Of a DNA stretch of 64,000 bases, positions 57,160 through 63,707 are shown one piece after another. Position 1 is the stretch's first letter, and every line of letters begins with the position of its first letter. This DNA comes from an uncultured virus (IMG/VR IMGVR_UViG_3300025168_000065). Lineage: Duplodnaviria; Heunggongvirae; Uroviricota; Caudoviricetes; Crassvirales. The stretch lies in the IMG/VR virus record IMGVR_UViG_3300025168_000065. One strand, 5' to 3'. The notes under the pieces were generated by a model. It searched no databases and was not told where the DNA came from. It saw only the letters and a program-made list of their open reading frames with translations. A program made the position numbers and the translations under genes.

Positions 57160-57637
57160 ACTTTGCTTGGATTACAATCCACTGCACACCATCAGACCAA
57201 ACAGCACATCCATTGTATGATTTATTAATTTCATAAAAAGACGCTCCATCAATAGTCTCCGATCCTGGTGCTGTTATGTGAATTTTTTCAGAAGCAGTAA
57301 CAGAGCTATTATTTACAAATCGTATTTTTCGATAAGGAATAGCTGCAGCACTTGGAAGTATAAATTCATATGTACCTGATCCTCCACCCCCTACCCAAGA
57401 AAAATCAACTATATTGTTTGAAGCTGTATATGTATCGCTACCAGCAGGAGATGCTTCTTGAAAGTAAGGAACAAGTCTGATAATTTGAGTGTCCTCAATA
57501 ATAATGTTTATAGCAGCTGCTAACTCCTCAATTGTATAAGCGTCCCTCCAGCTATTGGCTAAATAAGACCCTTTGTTTGTTGTTTCTATTGAAGTGTCTA
57601 CTCCATGAAATTTAGTTCCTGCAGGTATTGAACTCAT
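57152..57637 (-). CDS. structural protein
   Basis: IPAGTKFHG, ETIDG and WSDGVQW motifs; TATCTTTG box at 57643-57650. Confidence 0.7.
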   Translation of the reverse strand: MSSIPAGTKFHGVDTSIETTNKGSYLANSWRDAYTIEELAAAINIIIEDTQIIRLVPYFQEASPAGSDTYTASNNIVDFSWVGGGGSGTYEFILPSAAAIPYRKIRFVNNSSVTASEKIHITAPGSETIDGASFYEINKSYNGCAVWSDGVQWIVIQAKST

Positions 57638-57660
57638 AGGAACAAAGATACAAAATAATA

Positions 57661-57918
57661 TTACACAACTACAACAACATCCCTCTCCTGAATAACAGCG
57701 TAGGGATTGTCCTCTATTAACATCTCATGACCTGCAGCTCCGTCATAGTAAATAATATCTCCAGAGTTAATTACACTCACATCAGTACCAGCCTTTACAA
57801 CCTCACCCTTCTTGTACCTAAACCCAGAAGCATCTTGAGCAGATAATAAAAGACCTGACTCAGTTTTTAACTCTTCTTTTATTTTTTTTATTACTATGTA
57901 CTTTCCTATTGGCTTCAT
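57661..57918 (-). CDS. groES: co-chaperonin GroES (Cpn10)
   Basis: MKPIGKYIVI, KTESGLLL, GEVVKAG, SGDIIYY and ERDVVVV motifs. Confidence 0.9.
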   Translation of the reverse strand: MKPIGKYIVIKKIKEELKTESGLLLSAQDASGFRYKKGEVVKAGTDVSVINSGDIIYYDGAAGHEMLIEDNPYAVIQERDVVVVV

Positions 57919-57983
57919 ATTGTTTTATGTTTTCAATTAATTTTTTATCAGAGTCCTCCTTTAAAAATAATGATCTTATAAGC

Positions 57984-59579
57984 TTAATCATCTTTCCCTG
58001 CTCTGGCGTGCGTTATAATTGCATTGGTAGTAAGGATAGTCGTAGCTACACTTATTGCATTAGAGAGCGCCTGACAGGTAACCTTAGCTGGATCAATAAC
58101 CCCCATCTTAAACATATCTCCCCACTCCCCTGTCTTTACATTCAATCCTTCATTATTAGCATCATACATAAGCTTTTCGTTATCATCTTCAGATAACTCT
58201 AAGCCTGCATTAGAATATATTTGCAACAAAGGCGCTCGAAGTGCTGTCGCTAAAATCTTACCTGCAATCTTATAGTTCATATCTTCAGCGAATGTAGCTT
58301 TTTTATAAAGCGCTACACCTCCCCCTGCTACTATCCCTTCCTGTAGTGCGGACCGCACTGCACAGACAGAGTCATCGACTCTGTCGAATTTTTCTTTTTG
58401 CTCAATATCAGAGGTAGCTCCAACGTAAATACATCCTATACCACCAACCAAAGATGCGATACGCTCGTTCACAAAGTCTCTCTCGTGCTTAGCAGTTAGT
58501 GTTTCTTGCTGTAGTCTAAGCTCTGTCACCCTGTTCATAGTCTCCTTAGTAATCTCGCCGTTCTTAATTATTATGGCATTGTCTTTCCCTACAATAATTT
58601 TATCTGCATACCCTAAGTCCTCAGGTCTAATCAATGATAAATCATCTCCAGTCTTTTCTGAAAAGTATTTAGCACCTACTGAGAACGCAATGTCCTGCAT
58701 TAACTCATGAGACTTGTAGCCGAATGATGGCACCATGATATTACAAAACTTTAAACCATTACGCTGAACGTTAGCCGCCATAGTATTAATAACATTCTGA
58801 GAGCAGTTCCCTATGATAAGAAGCTTCTCTCCAGCATTAATAATTGGTTTAAGTACATTCTCAATCTGAAGTATGTTGGTTATCTCTGTATCACACAGCA
58901 AAACCTTAACACCCTCCATAATACACTCGTCCTTTCTCTGGTCATTAATAAACATCGTAGAGGTATAACCCCTATCAACCTTTATCCCGTTAGTAACCTC
59001 AGAATATGTTTTGTCAGTTTGAGATCTCTCAACCGTTACAATACCATCCCTACCAACTTCCTTGTAGGCCTCAGCTATAATCTTACCGATCTCTGGATCA
59101 TTATTAGCAGAGATAGTCGCAATATCCTCCAGCATATCATCAGTAACTGGGATTGCTCTTTCTTTAATCTCGTCTAAAATAGCTTCTCCCTGCCATCTAA
59201 TATCTCTAACTATCTCTATGGTATTATCACCCTCCTTAATATACTTCTGACCCGCCTTTACTAAAGCCTCCGTCAAAACAATAGCCGTAGTTGTTCCATC
59301 ACCAGCTACATTAGCCGTCTTCTCCGAAGCTTGCTTCATCATCCTAACCGCTAAGTTCTCTACAGGATCAATAAGAAATATACTCTTAGCCACAGTAACA
59401 CCATCCTTAGTCACTGTTAACCCCTGAGTATGCTGGGTCGATTCAATTAAAACAGTCTGACCCTGAGGCCCCAATGTTGACTTAACCGCATTAGATATTT
59501 TTGAGATTCCCGATATTAGTTTTGTTCTTGCCTGCTCATCAAACGACAGGTCTTTTGGAATGTATCCTTGTTCTTGCAT
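57984..59579 (-). CDS. groEL: chaperonin GroEL (Cpn60)
   Basis: VKSTLGPQG, TKDGVTVAK, AGDGTTTA, GIVAGGG and GVIDPAKV motifs. Confidence 0.97.
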   Translation of the reverse strand: MQEQGYIPKDLSFDEQARTKLISGISKISNAVKSTLGPQGQTVLIESTQHTQGLTVTKDGVTVAKSIFLIDPVENLAVRMMKQASEKTANVAGDGTTTAIVLTEALVKAGQKYIKEGDNTIEIVRDIRWQGEAILDEIKERAIPVTDDMLEDIATISANNDPEIGKIIAEAYKEVGRDGIVTVERSQTDKTYSEVTNGIKVDRGYTSTMFINDQRKDECIMEGVKVLLCDTEITNILQIENVLKPIINAGEKLLIIGNCSQNVINTMAANVQRNGLKFCNIMVPSFGYKSHELMQDIAFSVGAKYFSEKTGDDLSLIRPEDLGYADKIIVGKDNAIIIKNGEITKETMNRVTELRLQQETLTAKHERDFVNERIASLVGGIGCIYVGATSDIEQKEKFDRVDDSVCAVRSALQEGIVAGGGVALYKKATFAEDMNYKIAGKILATALRAPLLQIYSNAGLELSEDDNEKLMYDANNEGLNVKTGEWGDMFKMGVIDPAKVTCQALSNAISVATTILTTNAIITHARAGKDD

Positions 59580-59612
59580 CTTGTTGTGTATTTGATTAAA
59601 ATTAATTTAAAG

Positions 59613-59620
59613 CAAAGATA
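59613..59620 (-). promoter_or_regulatory. -7 promoter box TATCTTTG for groEL
   Basis: caaagata 33 nt upstream of the ATG. Confidence 0.65.
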
Positions 59621-59639
59621 CTAAAAATAAATAAACACT

Positions 59640-59822
59640 ATGACAACATTTTAAGTTTTTACTTTCTATTTGTTATATATATATTTATTATTATTATTAT
59701 TATTTATTATTATATATTTTAGACTTAAAGTCGTCATCTTGTCATAAATAAATATAATATATTGAAAATCAATTAGTTAGGCCCATGACGACTTTTTTTA
59801 AAGTCATCATAACTATGACGAG
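59640..59822. promoter_or_regulatory. origin-like locus B: ATGAC-core iterons, (TAT)n tract, IHF-consensus site
   Basis: ATGACAAC 59640; TAAAGTCGTCATCTTGTCAT 59726-59745; ATGACGACTTT 59785; ATGACGAG 59815; AATCAATTAGTTA 59767-59779. Confidence 0.6.
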
Positions 59823-59837
59823 TCTTGAAATATTATT

Positions 59838-59870
59838 AAAAAAAAGAGGTAGACCATAAGCCTACCCCTC
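59838..59870 (-). terminator. intrinsic terminator
   Basis: Imperfect gaggtag/ctacccctc stem plus A8. Confidence 0.6.
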
Positions 59871-59897
59871 TCACACAACAGAACAAATAAGAAATCT

Positions 59898-60095
59898 TTA
59901 GAAGTCTAACTGCCTCCAATTCTTTTTATTTTCCGCTAACTCAATACCCTCAGCTATACGGTTTATCTTACGATCATTCTTAACCGAACGCTTAATACGA
60001 GAAGCCTGAGCTATACCCGTCTCACCATCTCTACGCTCATTTATAAGTCTTCCGTTCTTTACATATAACCCATCTACATAATCCATTTTTTTCAT
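59898..60095 (-). CDS. hypothetical protein (first late-strand gene)
   Basis: DGLYVKNGRLIN motif; likely start MKKMD at 60095, with TATCTTTG at 60114-60121. Confidence 0.6.
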   Translation of the reverse strand: MKKMDYVDGLYVKNGRLINERRDGETGIAQASRIKRSVKNDRKINRIAEGIELAENKKNWRQLDF

Positions 60096-60558
60096 AGTGC
60101 TTTTTATTTTTAACAAAGATATAAAATTTTTTTAGATGTCTCGGGGTTGAGGGTTATTATACGTTATACGCACACACATTGCCTCAGGAAATAGATTTCA
60201 AAAAGCACCCCCCCCATGACGATTTGGAAATTTTCACCCCAACTTTTTGACGTTTTTGTATGAGCTTCCCGTATGCCGTAGGGATTCCCCTTGTACACTA
60301 CCTCTATCCCTACCTTACACTCCTGTTGTACTCTTAATGTCTACGATTACACCAATACCTTCCCCTCTTTGCAAGGGATAAAAGAGAATATATCTTTAGT
60401 TAGATAAAGAGAGATGTCTCTTAATCCCATCCCCATCCCCAAAATACCTAAACATATCAACAAATCAATAGATCATTTCGAAAGCACGTAAGATGCTGAT
60501 AATCAGTTAGTTTCATTTCATTTCATTTATGGAACAAGATATTCTTTTGAATTTATAG

Positions 60559-60588
60559 TTGACAATCCAATTATTTATAGTATATTTG
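60559..60588 (+). promoter_or_regulatory. early promoter (TTG-N19-TATATTTG)
   Basis: Matches the Bacteroidota -33/-7 consensus; precedes the first plus-strand ORF. Confidence 0.75.
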
Positions 60589-60630
60589 TACAGAATTTAA
60601 ACAATTAATAACTTAAAAGACACACACAAA

Positions 60631-60777
60631 ATGGAACAAAGAGTAGAGTACATTAGACAAGAAATCAGAGTATTGAATCAAGCATTAACATTAGTAAATG
60701 AGATAGATTCTCTTTACATTAAAGAAATGATAAAAGAAAAGGAAAAATACATTCGCCTGATGAGAATGCAAGACTAA
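60631..60777 (+). CDS. small early protein (48 aa, not in ORF track)
   Basis: MEQRVEYIRQEIRVLNQAL...; same ACACACACAAAATG leader as neighbouring genes. Confidence 0.7.
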   Translation: MEQRVEYIRQEIRVLNQALTLVNEIDSLYIKEMIKEKEKYIRLMRMQD

Positions 60778-60778
60778 A

Positions 60779-60846
60779 CCTCACCAACTACCGAATGGCT
60801 CGTACTGAATTAAGTACGGGCTTTTCGTAGTAGAGGGATATTCCTC
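60779..60846 (+). ncRNA. structured intergenic element B1 (long hairpin plus GAGGGATRTTCCTC hairpin)
   Basis: gctcgtact/agtacgggc stem, actac/gtagt outer stem, 3' motif shared with 62463-62480. Confidence 0.65.
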
Positions 60847-60868
60847 GCAAGATTAAAACACACACAAA

Positions 60869-61351
60869 ATGAATAAGCAACAAGAAGAATTAGCAATGAG
60901 ATTAGATTTAAAAACACCATACAAATGGGTAATGGATAATCTAATTCCAAACCAATCATCTGATGTACAAGAGAGATGGAAGATAATGAGTAAAATGGTA
61001 GAATTGAATCAGGAATGGGTAGAGGAAGTAGTAAACAATGGAGATTTAAAGTTATCTGAAGTATTGCATGACTTTAGAGGTATCTACTCAGAGGATGAGC
61101 ATTTCGTACCAAGAATATCTACTGAAGTTTCTGATGATAGGGTTAACGGATACACTAACCTTCAAACCTACCGATTATGTTTAGTATTAGATAACGAGCA
61201 AGTAGTACCTAATCCCTTAACAAGATTCTTAGAGTTAGTACAAGAGAATGAGTTTGAATCTAATGATATTGATATTATCAATTGGAATGAGGTAATTGAG
61301 AGATACTCTGATAGCATTCTTTTAGAGCATTCGTTTTACGCAAACAAATAA
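60869..61351 (+). CDS. early hypothetical protein (two-module)
   Basis: 160 aa; second half has NGYTNLQTY...INWNEV motif. Confidence 0.7.
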   Translation: MNKQQEELAMRLDLKTPYKWVMDNLIPNQSSDVQERWKIMSKMVELNQEWVEEVVNNGDLKLSEVLHDFRGIYSEDEHFVPRISTEVSDDRVNGYTNLQTYRLCLVLDNEQVVPNPLTRFLELVQENEFESNDIDIINWNEVIERYSDSILLEHSFYANK

Positions 61352-61405
61352 GATACTCTGATGAGGACTCAGTGTCCGAAACACTACGCAAGTAGTGTCA
61401 GTATC
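61352..61405 (+). ncRNA. type I hammerhead ribozyme HH1 (predicted cleavage after C61399)
   Basis: gatact-CTGATGA-ggac tcagt gtcc-GAAA-cactac gcaa gtagtg-TC-agtatc: complete core and three perfect stems. Confidence 0.93.
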
Positions 61406-61431
61406 ATAAGATACCAATTAACACACACACA

Positions 61432-61641
61432 ATGACAACAAGCGAAAAAGCAGTAGAGGTACTTAAAACCAAGTACGGCATAGATGCAAGAATCTATAAG
61501 GACAATGTATACTTAGCAGTATGGAATGATGACTTATCCGACACCATAGATGTTGAAGCGTCTAAAGGACAAGTAGAAGATTGGGCATTAGAACATGACA
61601 AAGAATGTACTTGGTATGGAGAATATAAAGCAAAGCAATAG
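61432..61641 (+). CDS. early hypothetical protein flanked by two hammerheads
   Basis: 69-aa acidic ORF with CA-rich leader. Confidence 0.75.
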   Translation: MTTSEKAVEVLKTKYGIDARIYKDNVYLAVWNDDLSDTIDVEASKGQVEDWALEHDKECTWYGEYKAKQ

Positions 61642-61642
61642 A

Positions 61643-61699
61643 GATACTCTGATGATGGATTTAATATCCGAAACTACTCTTAATTGAGTAGTCAGTATC
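61643..61699 (+). ncRNA. type I hammerhead ribozyme HH2 (predicted cleavage after C61693)
   Basis: gatact-CTGATGA-t-ggat ttaat atcc-GAAA-ctactc ttaatt gagtag-TC-agtatc; one extra U after the core; compensatory changes versus HH1. Confidence 0.9.
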
Positions 61700-61726
61700 A
61701 TAAGATACCAATTTAAATAACACACA

Positions 61727-61951
61727 ATGTATAAAACAATGGTTAAAGATTCCCAAGATTTTTGGGGAAAAGTAGCGTCCGAAAATGGATGGAGTATGAA
61801 TGGTAGAGGATGTACAATATGGATTAATAAAGACAATGAAGTATTAGATAGTATCTACAACAAAGAAGATAATAAAGAATCTTATATTGTACAAGTAGAT
61901 GTAGATTATGAAGGTTTCTATGAGAATGAGGTATTAATTAAAACAATATAG
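61727..61951 (+). CDS. early hypothetical protein
   Basis: 74 aa; FWGKVASENGW motif; CA-rich leader. Confidence 0.75.
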   Translation: MYKTMVKDSQDFWGKVASENGWSMNGRGCTIWINKDNEVLDSIYNKEDNKESYIVQVDVDYEGFYENEVLIKTI

Positions 61952-61953
61952 AT

Positions 61954-62112
61954 ATGAAAGATATATTAGGATTACCGATAAAATGGTTAGCAAGATACTA
62001 CTACACAATATTGATAGTATGGTTAACATTAACGATGAGTAGCTGTGGATTAAGATTTGGAGACTACCATGCATGGGAAAAAGATTATAAACAAAAATGT
62101 ATAAGAAAATGA
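61954..62112 (+). CDS. small putative lipoprotein (52 aa, not in ORF track)
   Basis: MKDILGLPIKWLARYYYTILIVWLTLTMSSCGLRFG...; hydrophobic stretch ending in MSSC. Confidence 0.6.
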   Translation: MKDILGLPIKWLARYYYTILIVWLTLTMSSCGLRFGDYHAWEKDYKQKCIRK

Positions 62113-62411
62113 TGAGATTAAAATTAAGTATGATAACATTTAATATGTTAGAGAGTCATTTCAGTAATGACTACGGGAAAAAGAATGGTAATGGTGTAGC
62201 TATGCCACTTGGAGATGATAGCTTACATATGATTCATAATGAAGGTGCATTAGAGAATTACAAAGAGACGATAACAAAAAAGTTTGGAGATGTTATGGTG
62301 TTATTACAGGATCCTGACGAGGTATGGTTTAACAAGGTAAAGATTGATGACGGAGTATTTCAAGATTATCATAGAAAATATATGCAGAAAGCAATGAATA
62401 ATAGGAATTAA
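62097..62411 (+). CDS. early hypothetical protein
   Basis: ORF track; true start may be ATG 62109. Confidence 0.7.
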   Translation: MYKKMMRLKLSMITFNMLESHFSNDYGKKNGNGVAMPLGDDSLHMIHNEGALENYKETITKKFGDVMVLLQDPDEVWFNKVKIDDGVFQDYHRKYMQKAMNNRN

Positions 62412-62412
62412 C

Positions 62413-62485
62413 GTGTGTGTTTCCATCATCTAACCTCACTACGAAAGTAGTGGGGATTTGGTGGTAGAGGGATGTTCCTCACACA
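62413..62485 (+). ncRNA. structured intergenic element B2
   Basis: cctcactac-gaaa-gtagtgggg hairpin, ccatca/tggtgg outer stem, GAGGGATGTTCCTC hairpin, tgtgt/acaca closing stem. Confidence 0.65.
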
Positions 62486-62501
62486 ATTAAATTAAATTAT
62501 T

Positions 62502-62993
62502 ATGAGTAGAAAAGAATTAGAAGCAAAGTTTATGGAGTTTCCTAAACTGGTAGTAGCAAAGTATGATGTAGGAGAATACATCCAAGACCAAATTAAATTC
62601 TTCCAAGATGACAAGCAAGAGTTTCTTGTAAGTAAACTATGGGATGAAGAGAGAGATGTTGAAAGTGTAACTGATAAAGAAATAGAAGAACACTTCTATG
62701 ATGATGTTTGGATTAGTGTTCAATGTTATGAAGACTTTGAGTATGACTTGACTGAAGAGTTTAAAAAACACATAGGTAAAGAAGTTTATGTAGAGGGAAG
62801 AAATATGGGATGGAGAAATAGAAGTGGACATAAATGTTTCACTATAAATAAACCATTAGACTTGTTTAAAGAAATAGCACCTGAATGTGAACTGACTTAT
62901 GAAATGGAGAAAGTAACCGATAAAGAGTATGAGGTAAGAATTGCACACCACGACTCACCAATGGGAGAATATTATAACTTAAAAATTAAATAG
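62502..62993 (+). CDS. early acidic hypothetical protein
   Basis: GRNMGWRNRSG and HHDSPMGE motifs. Confidence 0.75.
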   Translation: MSRKELEAKFMEFPKLVVAKYDVGEYIQDQIKFFQDDKQEFLVSKLWDEERDVESVTDKEIEEHFYDDVWISVQCYEDFEYDLTEEFKKHIGKEVYVEGRNMGWRNRSGHKCFTINKPLDLFKEIAPECELTYEMEKVTDKEYEVRIAHHDSPMGEYYNLKIK

Positions 62994-62995
62994 AT

Positions 62996-63241
62996 ATGAA
63001 TTGGAAAGAAATGAAAAGTAAGATACTATCAAATAGTATATTATTAGAGAAACTAAAAAAGTTTCCTAACAGAAAGTTTATTCAGAAGTGTCAGCAAAAA
63101 TTAGATGCATACAAGAAACCTAAACCAAATCCTTTAGATTGGTTTAATCATTTTGTAGATTACATTGAAAATACAGATAGCAATCTTTATAATCAAGCGT
63201 GTGAGTATGCCGACAATAAAGAAAAGCAAGAAAATGAATAG
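62996..63241 (+). CDS. early hypothetical protein
   Basis: 81 aa; YNQACEYAD motif. Confidence 0.65.
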   Translation: MNWKEMKSKILSNSILLEKLKKFPNRKFIQKCQQKLDAYKKPKPNPLDWFNHFVDYIENTDSNLYNQACEYADNKEKQENE

Positions 63242-63303
63242 AGAATTAACATACAATAAGTGGATAAAGTATATCCATGATTATCAATTAAATAAAAATA
63301 AAA
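63233..63303 (+). repeat. 71-bp dispersed repeat, copy 2 (copy 1 at 1460-1530)
   Basis: Direct alignment, 2 mismatches. Confidence 0.95.
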
Positions 63304-63641
63304 TTATGAAAAAAGATCAAGCGTTAAAAAAAATCAGTAATATGTTGGGAGACAAACATATACATATATCAGATGAGGTAAAAATAGATGATATAAAGGG
63401 AACAAAAGGGAAAGTATATGTAGATAATTCATTGTTAATGGAATTAATAGATGAGATTGCTACTCAAATGACAGAAGAAAAATTTGGAGAATACTATCAC
63501 AATACGGGATTTGATAATGTTAAAGATAGAACGTACACTTTAACAGATGAAGCACAGGATTTTTACAATAAAAAGTATGATGAGGTAGAGGGTATGATAA
63601 ATAACATTACTAACATATATTCAAATAATGATGAGCGATAG
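63234..63641 (+). CDS. early hypothetical protein
   Basis: ORF track 63165..63641; likely start 63234 or 63306. Confidence 0.65.
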   Translation: MNRELTYNKWIKYIHDYQLNKNKIMKKDQALKKISNMLGDKHIHISDEVKIDDIKGTKGKVYVDNSLLMELIDEIATQMTEEKFGEYYHNTGFDNVKDRTYTLTDEAQDFYNKKYDEVEGMINNITNIYSNNDER

Positions 63642-63707
63642 ATTAGAAAGTAGTTTTGCAGAAATAATAATAGTAATTTTAATAACATTAATAATTTTAA
63701 TATCAAT

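Noticed and set aside
60757..60800. CTGATGA at the end of ORF 60631-60777
   Set aside because: No stem II-GAAA-stem III arrangement can be built
61131..61170. CTGATGA followed by an agggtta/taacctt stem
   Set aside because: Followed by CAAA rather than GAAA, with no convincing stems I and III; coding sequence
61298..61313. GAGATACTCTGATA, matching the 5' end of the hammerheads
   Set aside because: Core breaks after CTGAT with no stem II or GAAA, and it lies inside a coding region. At most a relic or an alternative stem I partner.
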